From: Pirellulales bacterium
GTDB lineage: Bacteria > Planctomycetota > Planctomycetia > Pirellulales > PALSA-1355
Reading direction: 5' to 3'
DNA: 64,000 bases
NCBI GenBank assembly: GCA_963733035.1
Contig: CAVTBU010000006.1
Span: 512,001 to 576,000, forward strand
In this document: positions 9,715-20,586 of the stretch, one piece after another
Numbering within the stretch: position 1 is the stretch's first letter
How the letters are laid out: each line of letters begins with the position of its first letter
The notes under the pieces: generated by a model
The model's input: the letters and a program-made list of their open reading frames with translations, nothing else
What the model was told of the DNA's origin: nothing
The model's database searches: none
Position numbers and translations under genes: made by a program

Positions 9715-11382
9715 ATGAACCGCGATTCCGCTCGACAAATCGTGCATGGCTTTCGGACGACCAGTCTCGGGACGCTGGCCAGCCGCCTGTTGGGGCTGGT
9801 ACGCGACATTGTCACGGCCTCGCTTTTGGGCCTTGGGGAGGGCGGGGTAATGGACGCCCTGGTCGTGGCACTGCGGCTGCCGAATTTCTCGCGACGAGTT
9901 TTCGGTGAAGGCGCGCTGGCGGCCAGCCTGTTGCCTGCGTTCACGGCCGAACATGAGCGGTCGCCCGGAAACGCCTGGCGGCTACTGAGCGTGGTGCTTG
10001 CCTTGCTGACCGTCGTGCTGGCGGCGGTCGTAATTGTGGGCGAGGTCATCTGCCTCGCTTGGTGGCGGATGGCCGGCAATGGGGACACCTATTCACCGCT
10101 GATTGGTCTGACGGCCGTGTTGCTGCCTTATATGATCTTTATTTGCATCGCGGCCCAGCTTGCCATATCGCTTCAGGGACTGATTCAGTTCCGCTGGCCT
10201 GCCGTAGCGCCCGCGTTGCTCAACCTTTCTTGGCTGGCGGCGGCCTGGCTAATCGCTCCCCACTGGGCGGGCGATCAGATAGCTCAGGCTTACGTGTTGG
10301 CGACTGCGGTATTGCTTTCCGGCGTTCTGCAAATGGCGGTGCTCCTCGTCCCACTCTATCTCACTGGCTTTCGTTTTGAGTTTGATTGGCACGCCACGGC
10401 GCCGGCGGTCCGGCAAGTCTTGCGAGCCATGCCGCCGATCGCCTTCGGGCTGGCCGTGACGCAAATGAATACCCTGATCGACAGTCTATTGGCCGTAGCG
10501 CTGGCGGCACCGGGCGGTTCGCGGACAATCGCGTGGCTGGGTGACATGGTTGACTACCCGTTCGAAACGGGTGCTGCCGCGGCCATCTATTACGGCGAGC
10601 GTTTTTATCAGTTGCCGGTCGGCGTGTTGGGAGTAGCCATTGCCACAGTGATTTATCCGGCACTTGCAAGACACGCGGCACGAGGAGACCGGCGCCAGAT
10701 AGGAGATGACCTGACCGTGGGCCTGCGGCTCGTCTGGTTCACGGCACTGCCGGCCGGCGTGGGCCTGATCCTAATCGCGGAACCAATCATGCGGCTGTTG
10801 TTCGTTCGCGGAGCGTTTACCGAACAGGACGCCCATCGCTCGGCGATGATGATCGCCTGCTATGCGAGTGCGGCCTGGGCATATTGCGCCTTGCCAGTAT
10901 TGGTTCGAGGCTTCTATGCCCTGGGAAAACACTCGACCACGGTTCGCGTGGGGATGCTCGCTGTGGGGATCGACTTGGTCGTCACGCTGGTTTTGATTTG
11001 GCCGCTGGCCGAACGTGGACTGGCCCTCTCGACGGCGCTGGCGGCCAGTATTCAGGTTGTGCTGCTTTTGGTGCTCTTTTCGCGGGCCGGCAGCCCGCTG
11101 GCCTGGAGAGACTTGAATTCAACGCTGATACGAGGAGCCCTTGCAACCGTCGCGATGGCTTTGGCGGTCGGCTTTTGGCAGCGCTCCTCGCCAATGTTGG
11201 CAACTTCGACGTTTGCACAAAGCGTGAATCTGGTCGTTGCCCTTTTTCTGGGGATTAGCGTTTACCTTGCCGTCGCGTGGCTGTTGGGCATGCAGGAACT
11301 GTCGTTGTTTTGGGAGCCAAAACGGCAGGCGACTGTCCGGACAAGTCGCGCGCCGATCGCGAAAACGCAGCGAACCGCGTGA
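9715..11382 (+). CDS. murJ: Lipid II flippase MurJ/MviN
   Basis: SRLLGLVRD, RLPNFSRRVFGEGAL, many TM helices, RGAF. Confidence 0.93.
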   Translation: MNRDSARQIVHGFRTTSLGTLASRLLGLVRDIVTASLLGLGEGGVMDALVVALRLPNFSRRVFGEGALAASLLPAFTAEHERSPGNAWRLLSVVLALLTVVLAAVVIVGEVICLAWWRMAGNGDTYSPLIGLTAVLLPYMIFICIAAQLAISLQGLIQFRWPAVAPALLNLSWLAAAWLIAPHWAGDQIAQAYVLATAVLLSGVLQMAVLLVPLYLTGFRFEFDWHATAPAVRQVLRAMPPIAFGLAVTQMNTLIDSLLAVALAAPGGSRTIAWLGDMVDYPFETGAAAAIYYGERFYQLPVGVLGVAIATVIYPALARHAARGDRRQIGDDLTVGLRLVWFTALPAGVGLILIAEPIMRLLFVRGAFTEQDAHRSAMMIACYASAAWAYCALPVLVRGFYALGKHSTTVRVGMLAVGIDLVVTLVLIWPLAERGLALSTALAASIQVVLLLVLFSRAGSPLAWRDLNSTLIRGALATVAMALAVGFWQRSSPMLATSTFAQSVNLVVALFLGISVYLAVAWLLGMQELSLFWEPKRQATVRTSRAPIAKTQRTA

Positions 11383-11398
11383 CGAAGGCATCCGCTGG

Positions 11399-12898
11399 TC
11401 AGGCAATGATCTCGCGGATCGGCTGCCCATAGTCCATGTCGAGCCGCTTCCGGCCCGGCACTTCCAAGCGTCGCGGATCGATGCCCAATTGCTCCAGCAC
11501 GGTGGCATGGATGTCGGTGACGTAGTGTCGGCTTTCGATCGCATGGAAGCCGAGGGCGTCGGTGGCCCCGTGTGCGATGCCCCCCTTGAGTCCACCGCCG
11601 GCCATCACGACCGAAAAACCAAACGGGTGATGATCGCGGCCGTCGGTTCCCTGGGTTCCTGGAGTACGGCCAAATTCGGTGCCGATGACGATCATCGTTT
11701 CGTCCAGCAGACCGCGCTGCTTGAGGTCCTTAAGCAGTGCCGCGATCGGCTGGTCGATCTGCCCACAGAGCTTTGAATGGCCATTCTTCAAATTGCCATG
11801 GGCGTCCCAGGCGCCAGCGCCGCCGTTGGAACCATGGAATATCTGCACAAATCGGACACCTTGTTCGACGAGTCGGCGGGCGACGAGGCACTGCCGGCCA
11901 AACGTTTCGGTGGTCTTCTGATCCAGACCATAAAGTTGTTGGGTAGCCGCGGTTTCCGTGGCACAATTGACCACGTCCGGCACGGCCGCTTGCATATGGA
12001 ACGCGAGTTCATAGGATTTGATGCGAGCCCGGATTGCGGCATCTTCCGGATACTCGACTGACGCGAGCCTATTCAGTTTGTTGAGCAGGGCGAACTCGGC
12101 CTGCTGTTCCTCTTGGTAGACGTCAGTTCCCGGGGAAGCGAATGGCAGCGGATTTTTGGGATCCACGCCCAATTGCACGCCGCTATGCTCAGGTCCCAGG
12201 TAGTTGGCGCCATGCGCGCCAATTCCGCCGCAGCAATCGGCGATCGGCGTACCCAGCACGACGAAGCTTGGCAGGTTGTCATTGATCGAACCGAGTCCGT
12301 AGTGCACCCAGGAACCGATCGTGGGATATTGGCCTTCAAGCACGTGCCGGCCGGTATGAAACTGAAGTTGTGCGCCGTGGTTATTGTCGGTTGTCCAGAC
12401 AGAGCGCACCACGGCCAAGTCGTCGGCGCAATCGCCCACATGGGGAAACCAATCGCTGATCTCCAGGCCGCTCTGTCCGCGCGGCTTGTACCCGACCTGC
12501 AACGGGTACAACTTATGGCGGATGTGGCCGTTGGCATCGTTCGGCACCACGACCCGCAGGTTTTCCGAGACGAAACTTGCCGTGAGCACATCCTTGTGAG
12601 GCGTTTGGCCAATCTCCTGACCGGCAAACTCATTGAGCGCCGGCTTGGGGTCGAAGCTTTCCATGTGGCTCATGCCGCCGACCAGAAAGATCCAGATCAC
12701 GCTCTTGGCTTTGGGTCGAAAATGCGGCTGCCCGGTGGGGGGCGACCAAGCGGCTGCTTCGTTCGCCCGCACGATACCGTCACGCATTAACAGTTCGCCC
12801 AGGGCGAGGCCGGTGAAACCCATGCCGACGTCGGCCAGAAAGGCACGGCGTGGCATCATGCGAAACGAACGGCTGGAGCGATTTGAGGGAGTGTTCAT
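11399..12898 (-). CDS. DUF1501 protein with Tat-like leader
   Basis: RRAFL, AKSVIWIFLVGGMSH, RRLVEQGVRF, EFGRTP, GRDHH. Confidence 0.92.
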   Translation of the reverse strand: MNTPSNRSSRSFRMMPRRAFLADVGMGFTGLALGELLMRDGIVRANEAAAWSPPTGQPHFRPKAKSVIWIFLVGGMSHMESFDPKPALNEFAGQEIGQTPHKDVLTASFVSENLRVVVPNDANGHIRHKLYPLQVGYKPRGQSGLEISDWFPHVGDCADDLAVVRSVWTTDNNHGAQLQFHTGRHVLEGQYPTIGSWVHYGLGSINDNLPSFVVLGTPIADCCGGIGAHGANYLGPEHSGVQLGVDPKNPLPFASPGTDVYQEEQQAEFALLNKLNRLASVEYPEDAAIRARIKSYELAFHMQAAVPDVVNCATETAATQQLYGLDQKTTETFGRQCLVARRLVEQGVRFVQIFHGSNGGAGAWDAHGNLKNGHSKLCGQIDQPIAALLKDLKQRGLLDETMIVIGTEFGRTPGTQGTDGRDHHPFGFSVVMAGGGLKGGIAHGATDALGFHAIESRHYVTDIHATVLEQLGIDPRRLEVPGRKRLDMDYGQPIREIIA

Positions 12899-12902
12899 GA
12901 TG

Positions 12903-15719
12903 CTACCGCACGGTCAAAAAGTCGTTGTGATTGAGTAGCACATGGACCAGATTCTCGCGAGCGCGTTGCTGCGGATTGGCTGCTGGCTCCACCGCATTTG
13001 CGTCACCCGCCGTGAACGCCGCGAGCTCGTTTGACTGCGCCAGTCGCGCCGCCTGTTCGGTGAGGAACTCAAGACAAGTGCTGGTTTCCTCGTCCGTGGC
13101 CGGCCGACAAAGGATTCGTTCGAAGGCAGCCGCAATGAATTTCCGGTCACTTTCCGAAGCCGGTTGCGCATCTAGCTCGGCTGTCATGTTTCCGGCCAGC
13201 TTCCGCGCCTGGGCGAGCGAGAGGGAGCTATTGACCATCGCCAACGCCTGCTGTGGGACCACTGTCTCGCTGCGTCGGTAGCAATCGGTTACGTTCGCTC
13301 GGTCGAAGGTATCGAGGAACGTCATCTTCTTTTCCTTACTGCTGCGGAAATACAGGCTGCGGCGAGGCACGCTCATGCCGCTTTCCTGATCGAGTTCGGG
13401 GCCACCCATTCTGACGTCGAGCGCATTCGCCACGTACAGCGTGCTGTCGCGAATGACCTCGGCCTCCATGCGTCGAGGATTGGCGCGCCATAGGTAGCGG
13501 TTTTCCGGGTCGCGTGCCAAATTCGATGCATCGGTGGCACCCGACCGCATCTGGTAGGTGCGACTCATCACAATCAGTCGATGAATGGCCTTCATCTGCC
13601 AATCTTGTTCCATCAATTCGACGGCCAGCCAATCGAGTAATTTCGGATGCGTGGGTTCGACCCCGTGCAGGCCGAAATCAAACACACTGGCGACCAGTGG
13701 CGTGCCGAAATGCCGCATCCAGATCTGATTGATGGCCACCCGGGCCGTGAGCGGATTGTCCTTCGAGGCGATCCAGCGGGCTAGCGCCGCGCGCCGACCA
13801 GTGCTTGCGTCGGGATAGACGTCACCGAAGTGGGCATAGTCGCTGTCGCTCTTGGCGAGCGCACCCTGATGTTCTTCTCGAACCTTTTTTGCCGTTTCGA
13901 GCTTCTTCTTCGCGGCTGCCACGCGTTGCTCGGACTTTTCGTCGGATGGTGCGGCAGTCTGCGCGTCGGACAATTCCATCTCGGCCCGCAGCAAGTCGAG
14001 CTGCGACTGCTGGGCATTGGCCACGCGCTCGGCACGGGCGGCCTCGCGGGCAAGCAGGGGGGCGTCCTCTCGCGGTGGCGAAGCAAAAGCGGCCTTGTCA
14101 GCTGCGATCGTCGCCCGCACCGAAACGAGCCGTCCGGCGGCAGCCAGGACTTCAGACTCGGCCAACGACACCGCGCGTTGGGCCGTGGCCACTTCTCCCT
14201 TCAGGCGTTCAGGATTCGCCGTGGAATCGGTCTCGCCGTTTTCCTTGGCAGGTTCCATCGGAGCGTCGGCACCGTTACCTGCCGGTGGATCGGTCGATTT
14301 CGAAGTCTCCTTGGCGGCAAGAAGCTCGGCATGCCTCTTTCGCAATTCAGCCAGCGCTGCATTGGCATGTCCAATTGATTTTTCTGCCCGGTCAACGTCA
14401 GATATGGCCTTGGCGAGCATTTCCTGTTGCACAAAGCTCCGCAAGCCCGGGTAGTAAGTCTCGGCCGGCAGCGCGACGGACACGATCCGCAATTCGTCGC
14501 CACCCAGTGCCTTTGGTACACCCGGGGAAAGCGGGTTGTCCTTATCCGGGTTGCCTTCGTTGCCGCGCATGAACAAGTATGTGGGCGCGTCGGCGTTTGC
14601 ATCATACGCGTGTACCAGACCATCCTGCTTGGTGTTGCTGACTCCCGGCACTCGATCGGTGCGTACCTGATGGGGTTCGAAGAACGCGCGAAAGCGATAG
14701 TAGTCCGTCTGCAAGATCGGGTCGTACATGTGGTCGTGGCAGCGAGCACAGTTCATGGTCACACCCAAAAACGCCTTGGAAGTATGTTCCACTGTGTTGT
14801 CGAGCCAGACGTTTCGGTTGAACTTGTACCAATTGCGGACCAGAAAACCGGTAGCCCTCCGCGCGTCCTCATCCAGCGGGGCGATTTCGTCGGCTGCCAG
14901 CATTTCCTCGACCATCTGGTCATAGGGCTTGTCGGCGTTCAGCGATTCGACAATCCAGTCGCGCCACCGCCAAATGTGCGGCTGGCTCTCACGAACTTCG
15001 GCCTGGTATCCGTCCCAATCGCTGTAGCGCCAAACATCCATCCAGTGACGTCCCCAACGCTCGCCGTAACGTGGGCTGGCAAGAAGTCGGTCGACGACTT
15101 TTTCGTAGGCATCATTCGACGTGTCGGCCAGGAACGCTCGCAGTTCTTCCGGCGTGGGTGGCAAACCAATCAAATCAACGTACACCCGGCGCAACAACAG
15201 ATTCCTGTCGGCGGGCGGCGCCGGCCGGAGTTGTTCGCGTTCATGCGATGCAGATACGAAGCGGTCAATTGGGTTCGACGCCCAATCGGCATTCTTCACT
15301 TCCGGCAATGGGGGCCGCGCGGGCTTCTGAAACGACCAATGTGCGACCGGATCCTCGGGTAGCGGCTCATCCGGTGCTGCCGCGCCAGCGTCGACCCAGG
15401 CTTTGATCGTGGCGATTTGCTCGGCGGACAGCGGCTTGGCATCCAGCGGCATTTGCTCGATATCGCCCGAGCCAGCGATCGCTTGGATCAGCGGGCTTTC
15501 GCTGCTGTCGCCGGTCAGGGCCGGCCCGCGAAAGCCGCCAGACCGCAGGAAAGTGATATGGTCAACCCGTAGATCCGACTTCTGCCGTAGAGCGCCATGG
15601 CAGCTATAACAATGCTTCTCCAAAATCGGCTTTACGTCGCGGTTGTAGTCGACTTCGACCGCACACAGCGCGGGTGAAGCGCTGAAAGCAAACAGCAGTA
15701 GGACGCCGGCATGTCGCAT
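12903..15719 (-). CDS. PSD1/planctomycete cytochrome c protein (DUF1549/DUF1553)
   Basis: CYSCH, CARCHDH, YGERWGRHWMD, PTHPKLLDWLA. Confidence 0.92.
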   Translation of the reverse strand: MRHAGVLLLFAFSASPALCAVEVDYNRDVKPILEKHCYSCHGALRQKSDLRVDHITFLRSGGFRGPALTGDSSESPLIQAIAGSGDIEQMPLDAKPLSAEQIATIKAWVDAGAAAPDEPLPEDPVAHWSFQKPARPPLPEVKNADWASNPIDRFVSASHEREQLRPAPPADRNLLLRRVYVDLIGLPPTPEELRAFLADTSNDAYEKVVDRLLASPRYGERWGRHWMDVWRYSDWDGYQAEVRESQPHIWRWRDWIVESLNADKPYDQMVEEMLAADEIAPLDEDARRATGFLVRNWYKFNRNVWLDNTVEHTSKAFLGVTMNCARCHDHMYDPILQTDYYRFRAFFEPHQVRTDRVPGVSNTKQDGLVHAYDANADAPTYLFMRGNEGNPDKDNPLSPGVPKALGGDELRIVSVALPAETYYPGLRSFVQQEMLAKAISDVDRAEKSIGHANAALAELRKRHAELLAAKETSKSTDPPAGNGADAPMEPAKENGETDSTANPERLKGEVATAQRAVSLAESEVLAAAGRLVSVRATIAADKAAFASPPREDAPLLAREAARAERVANAQQSQLDLLRAEMELSDAQTAAPSDEKSEQRVAAAKKKLETAKKVREEHQGALAKSDSDYAHFGDVYPDASTGRRAALARWIASKDNPLTARVAINQIWMRHFGTPLVASVFDFGLHGVEPTHPKLLDWLAVELMEQDWQMKAIHRLIVMSRTYQMRSGATDASNLARDPENRYLWRANPRRMEAEVIRDSTLYVANALDVRMGGPELDQESGMSVPRRSLYFRSSKEKKMTFLDTFDRANVTDCYRRSETVVPQQALAMVNSSLSLAQARKLAGNMTAELDAQPASESDRKFIAAAFERILCRPATDEETSTCLEFLTEQAARLAQSNELAAFTAGDANAVEPAANPQQRARENLVHVLLNHNDFLTVR

Positions 15720-15899
15720 GGTTCGGAGGGCCCTCCAGCGCGCGGGGCCAGGCGGGATTCGGCCCCCGGTCGCAGGTCATTTCCAACGGCGTTTATGATA
15801 CTGCGCGTTTCTGACAGGGGCAACCAGCGGAAGTGGGCCACGGCTGCTCAGCGGCCGTTTCACAGTAGTGCTCAGCCGGGCTTGGCCGACTTTGCCGCA

Positions 15900-16796
15900 T
15901 CACTCGTCCTCGTACCGCGACAACCAATCGAGATAACCACGTGCATAGGCGTCCAATTTCTCTGACGCGCCGCCCCCGCGAATTGGCGAACACATTTCGT
16001 AATTGGCGAGGCCGTCGAACCCACCCTCGCGCAGTCCGGCGAAGAACGCTTCGTAGTCGATAAATCCCTGACCAAACGGTACGGCCCGCACGAGGTCGGG
16101 CGAGTTTCGCTCGTAGTTGACCAGCTCCGGACGATAGCGAAAACGAGCGATACGAACGTAGTCGGCGTTGGTGGTCATCACCGTGTAGGGGGCCATTCGG
16201 CGAGCGGCGTCGAACAGCGGCTCGCCTCGTAACGCGGGCGACCAAGCGTCGAATCCTAGTTTAACGTTCGGGCGGTCAACATCTTCAAGCAACTCCAGCA
16301 GCGCCGCGCTTTCGACGCCTACGTCATGATGATTTTGTACGGCCAGCGTGATACCGTGGTCATTTGCCACATCGGCACACTCGCGCAAGCATGCCACCAC
16401 TTGATTCCAAGCAGAGGCTGGATTGGAATCTTGCGATTCGTATGCCGTGAAAATTCGCACGAGTTTCGCCTCTAGTGTCGATGCCAATCGACAGAGCGAA
16501 GTTACGTACTGTAGTTGCATTTCCACGAACGGAACTTCGGCCGCGCACTGCGCCGAGAAGTCTGTATATCCGGCAATCGCGGCGCAGCGCACCTGGTGCC
16601 GCTCAAGCGCCTCGCGTACCGCGTTCAAGGTTTGCTCGCCGGAGTCCAATGGCGACAAATGAGGCCGCTTGCCCATGAGCATCACGGTTCGATAGCCGAG
16701 TGTTGCGGCGCGAGCGATGAAATCCGGCAGGTCAAGCCGTTGTTGACCCCATAAGCCGGCATAGCTAACGGAAAACAAGCTGGATTCAAGGGCCAT
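15900..16796 (-). CDS. Sugar phosphate isomerase/epimerase family TIM-barrel protein
   Basis: LAVQNHHD, GFD, PFGQGFIDY, YEMC; TATAAT on minus strand at 16847-16852. Confidence 0.8.
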   Translation of the reverse strand: MALESSLFSVSYAGLWGQQRLDLPDFIARAATLGYRTVMLMGKRPHLSPLDSGEQTLNAVREALERHQVRCAAIAGYTDFSAQCAAEVPFVEMQLQYVTSLCRLASTLEAKLVRIFTAYESQDSNPASAWNQVVACLRECADVANDHGITLAVQNHHDVGVESAALLELLEDVDRPNVKLGFDAWSPALRGEPLFDAARRMAPYTVMTTNADYVRIARFRYRPELVNYERNSPDLVRAVPFGQGFIDYEAFFAGLREGGFDGLANYEMCSPIRGGGASEKLDAYARGYLDWLSRYEDE

Positions 16797-16922
16797 AACC
16801 GTCGCCTCGCAAGTCACACAGGGGTCGGCGTTGCCGCTGGGCGGCTATTATAGTGGGACGCCGCACGCGCGGCGTAGGCTTTTCCGTGAAATGCCGGCAA
16901 CTCTGAAACTGAGGCCATAAAG

Positions 16923-18419
16923 ATGGATGATCGTCGTTCTACACGGCGCGCTGCGCTGAAACAAGTCGCGCGTACGGCCGGATTCGCGCTATTCGGGTTG
17001 CCGCCGATCGCCCGGGCGAGCGAGACTTCGGGTTCGATCCGTGAAGAGAATTCCAGAGTCGGCACGCGCGAGTGGATGCTCTCCAAGACGGGGGTCGATC
17101 CGGCCACGAAGTATCGCTGCCGGTGGATCGAGGGCTACTGCTCCCACGCGAGTGCGATTGCCGGCGAGACGGTTCGCCTATACGTCAGTACCAACCCAGC
17201 CTCGCGGTTTACGATCGACGTCTATCGACTCGGATGGTACGGCGGCGACGGCGGGCGCCTGATGCGGCAGCTCGGCAGGTTCGAGGGCAATATGCAAACC
17301 GACCCACCCGTCGATGCCAAGCGGCTTCGTAATTGCGATTGGGAGGCAGCCACCGAACTGCAGATACCGGGCGACTGGCCCAGTGGCGTCTACGTCGGCA
17401 AACTAACCGCCGAGCAAGGCGGCTGGCAGAGCTATGTGACATTTGTTGTGCGCGACGATCGTCAGGCTGATTTCATGTTTCAGGTGAGCGACTTTACCTG
17501 GCAAGCCTACAATCGCTGGCCAAGCCAATTCGCGCTCTATGATGATGGCACTCACCCGTGGTACTGGGGCGGCGACGTGCGAGTCAGCTTCAATCGTCCC
17601 TACGGAAAGTATTGCCAAATCGTCGATGCACCGCTATCCACGGGGTCGGGCGAGTTCTTTCTGTGGGAATTCCCGCTCGCGTTTTGGATGGAGTCGCAAG
17701 GGTATGACGTCACCTACGTCTCGAACCTGGACACGCACCGCCACCCCCGCGGCCTGAAACGAGCCAAAGGATTCTTGAGCGTGGGGCACGATGAGTACTG
17801 GACGATCGAGATGTTCCAGAACGTTCAAGCCGCGATTCGGGCGGGAGTCAACGTCGGCTTTTTTTCCGGTAATGCCGTGTGCGGCCGTGTGATTTATGAT
17901 CCGGCCACCCGGTCGATTGAGCGCGTGGGCGTGTTTGGACCGCCGGGTGGCATGCGCGATTTCGAACACATGAAGGCGCTCGAGCACAAGCGGCCTTATG
18001 CAAACGAACTGATCGGTGCGCACAGCACAGGACCGGTCACGGGTGGCGCCGACTGGGTTTGCACCGCGCCGGACCATTGGATCTATGGCGGAACCGGAAT
18101 GAGAGAGGGTGATCGCATTGCGGGCCTGATCGGTTGGGAGTGGCACGGCGATCCGGCCGCGATTCCTGGGCTGGAGGTCGTGGCCACTGGGCCCACACAG
18201 CTGGCCCCTGGCCAGCCAAATGGCGGCCAATACACCGCCACGGTTTATCCGGGACCAAAGGGCAATTTCGTGTTCAACGCCGCAACCTGTTGGTGGGCCG
18301 ATGGCGTCAGCGCACCGCCAGGATATGTGCGGCCGAAGGTCTACACCGAACCACATGGCCCTGATGCACGCGTGCAGCAAATAACGCGCAACGTGCTGGA
18401 GCGGATGCGTCGAAGTTAG
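16923..18419 (+). CDS. Tat-exported N,N-dimethylformamidase beta-subunit-like protein
   Basis: TRRAALK leader; TWQAYN, VSFNRPY, GYDV, LSVGHDEYW, FFSGN. Confidence 0.8.
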   Translation: MDDRRSTRRAALKQVARTAGFALFGLPPIARASETSGSIREENSRVGTREWMLSKTGVDPATKYRCRWIEGYCSHASAIAGETVRLYVSTNPASRFTIDVYRLGWYGGDGGRLMRQLGRFEGNMQTDPPVDAKRLRNCDWEAATELQIPGDWPSGVYVGKLTAEQGGWQSYVTFVVRDDRQADFMFQVSDFTWQAYNRWPSQFALYDDGTHPWYWGGDVRVSFNRPYGKYCQIVDAPLSTGSGEFFLWEFPLAFWMESQGYDVTYVSNLDTHRHPRGLKRAKGFLSVGHDEYWTIEMFQNVQAAIRAGVNVGFFSGNAVCGRVIYDPATRSIERVGVFGPPGGMRDFEHMKALEHKRPYANELIGAHSTGPVTGGADWVCTAPDHWIYGGTGMREGDRIAGLIGWEWHGDPAAIPGLEVVATGPTQLAPGQPNGGQYTATVYPGPKGNFVFNAATCWWADGVSAPPGYVRPKVYTEPHGPDARVQQITRNVLERMRRS

Positions 18420-18427
18420 AGCAACCT

Positions 18428-18847
18428 TCAGGGCAGCGATGCAGTTTGGTTATACGTTGCCACTTCAGATTGGCTTGCTTTGCGGCGAGCGATGGCCGCC
18501 TCGCGCCGGGCAACTTCCGCGGCTCGACGCTCCCTAAGCGCGGCAATGCGTTCTTGGCGCTTCTGTTTTTTTACATCGGCCGCTTGCTGTGCAAACTGCC
18601 TGGCCGACTGTTGCATTTGCAGATAGTTCGTCCGGGCCATTTCCTGTTGTTGGACCTGCAGCATGTAACGCTGTGCCATTTCGGTCGAATTGACCAGAGG
18701 CATACGGAATGCCGAAGCCCGTTCGGTTCCCATTGATCCCATCGCGGGGCCACGACCGCCACCGCGGCAACCACCGCCTTGCGCAAATGCCGACGTGGCA
18801 AAACAGCCAAGCAGCGCAAGACTCAGAGTAACTGCACAAAATCGCAT
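18428..18847 (-). CDS. Hypothetical secreted protein with Gly-rich N-terminus and Q/R/A-rich coiled coil
   Basis: AGGAGA RBS; signal peptide ending AFA-Q. Confidence 0.6.
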   Translation of the reverse strand: MRFCAVTLSLALLGCFATSAFAQGGGCRGGGRGPAMGSMGTERASAFRMPLVNSTEMAQRYMLQVQQQEMARTNYLQMQQSARQFAQQAADVKKQKRQERIAALRERRAAEVARREAAIARRKASQSEVATYNQTASLP

Positions 18848-19389
18848 CACGAAGTCTCCTCTGTTCCTGGCGAGCCGCCGGCATTCTTGAGATGCCCTTG
18901 CGCCGCTTTTTGCCCCTTGATCGGCGATCCGGCTCGCACCAACCACATTTTAATACGTCTGGAACGCCAGGGCACGGAATTTTCCACCCGCGGCCGGCGA
19001 TTTTTGCACAACTTCAACCCGCTGCGATACGGCCCGCCCGACGCAAAGACCCCCCAACGGGACGTGTTCAGCCCGGTTAGGCCCTCAAGCCAAGATTGCC
19101 ATGATTTCTTCGACCCGGTTCCGAATGCAGCCCTGCGGGTTCCGGGAGATACCGCCGCCAAGTGGTTGACTGCGTCCCAGGTCAACGTCCCACGTCATCC
19201 ACGGTCCGCGGGACGTTTGCGGTTTGACTTTGCTCAACCAAGCGGCCGTACCCAAACCCGCTCGGAGTGTGCTATCGCGGTGTAAACAAAGCGAGGTTCT
19301 CGCTTTTCCGCCAGTGTGTTAGGTTGACCGGAGTGCGGCAGGGATACGCCGCTCCGAACTCATTTCAGGGAAGATGCGAGGGCCTCAAC

Positions 19390-20556
19390 GTGCGAGTGGC
19401 AATCGTTCACGATTGGTTGGTTACGTATGCGGGCTCCGAGCGAGTCGTGGAGCAACTGTTGGCCATCTTTCCGCAGGCCGACGTGTTCAGCCTGATCGAT
19501 TTCGTGCCCGCACAAGAGCGAGGTTTTCTCTGCGGCAAGACCGTTCGCACCAGCTTCTTGCAGCGGATGCCGTTCGCACGTCGTGCCTACCAAAATTATC
19601 TGCCGTTGATGCCCCTGGCGATCGAGCAGTTTGACCTCTCGGGGTACGATCTGATCATTTCTAGCAATCACTGCGTCGCCAAAGGTGTGATCACCGGCCC
19701 CGACCAATTGCACGTCAGCTACATCCACACACCCATGCGATATGCTTGGGATGCCCAACATGAATACCTTTCCGGTGCGGGTTTAGACCACGGGATGCGG
19801 GGAATGCTTGCTCGCTGGATGCTGCACAAGCTGCGAATGTGGGACGCTCGCAGTGCCAACGGCGTCGACGCGTTTGTGGCAAACTCCGAGTTTATTGCAC
19901 GACGTATTGAAAAGACATATCGTCGTACGGCCGGGGTTATTTACCCGCCAGTTGATATCGATTCGTTTGCCGCGCGTAGCGATCGCGACGAATTCTATGT
20001 AACCGCCTCGCGTCTCGTCCCCTACAAACGTACGGACGTGCTGGTCGAGGCGTTCGCTCGGATGCCTCAAAAGCGGTTGGTAGTGATCGGCGAGGGACCA
20101 CAACTCGAGGCGCTTCAAGCGAGGGCTACGCCGAACGTGACGCTATTGGGTTATCAGGGCTTCGATGTGCTTCGATCGCACTTGGAGCGGGCACGTGCGT
20201 TTCTGTTTGCCGGGCGCGAAGACTTTGGCATCGTGCTGGCCGAGGCCCAGGCCGCTGGTTGTCCGCTGATTGCCTTCGGCAAGGGTGGGTGTGCCGAGAT
20301 CGTACGAGATTTGGACCGAGAGCGGCCGACTGGGGTGCTTTTTGACGAGCAGACTGCCGAGTCTGTCGTGGCAGCCGTGCAGACGTTCGAAAGTGAACCA
20401 TTCGCGATTCAAGCCGCCGCCTGTCGGGCCAATGCCGAGCGTTTCGGACAGGCCCGCTTCCGCCGCGAGTTTCACGACCTGGTGATGGACGCCTGGGAAG
20501 ACTTTCGATCGATTCGCAATCGGTCTACGCTTGTGCCGGCGCTTCGAGCGGCCTAA
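19390..20556 (+). CDS. GT4-family glycosyltransferase
   Basis: VAIVHDWL..YAGSERV, HTPMRYAWD, EDFGIVLAEA. Confidence 0.92.
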   Translation: MRVAIVHDWLVTYAGSERVVEQLLAIFPQADVFSLIDFVPAQERGFLCGKTVRTSFLQRMPFARRAYQNYLPLMPLAIEQFDLSGYDLIISSNHCVAKGVITGPDQLHVSYIHTPMRYAWDAQHEYLSGAGLDHGMRGMLARWMLHKLRMWDARSANGVDAFVANSEFIARRIEKTYRRTAGVIYPPVDIDSFAARSDRDEFYVTASRLVPYKRTDVLVEAFARMPQKRLVVIGEGPQLEALQARATPNVTLLGYQGFDVLRSHLERARAFLFAGREDFGIVLAEAQAAGCPLIAFGKGGCAEIVRDLDRERPTGVLFDEQTAESVVAAVQTFESEPFAIQAAACRANAERFGQARFRREFHDLVMDAWEDFRSIRNRSTLVPALRAA

Positions 20557-20586
20557 TGCTGCAGCGCGTCCAAGTCAGTCAATCGG

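Noticed and set aside
9715..11382. murJ in a planctomycete as a novelty
   Set aside because: Peptidoglycan in Planctomycetota is established.
19039..19050. GACGCAAAG resembling a c-di-GMP-I riboswitch core
   Set aside because: The upstream GGCAAAC...GAAA stem is missing.
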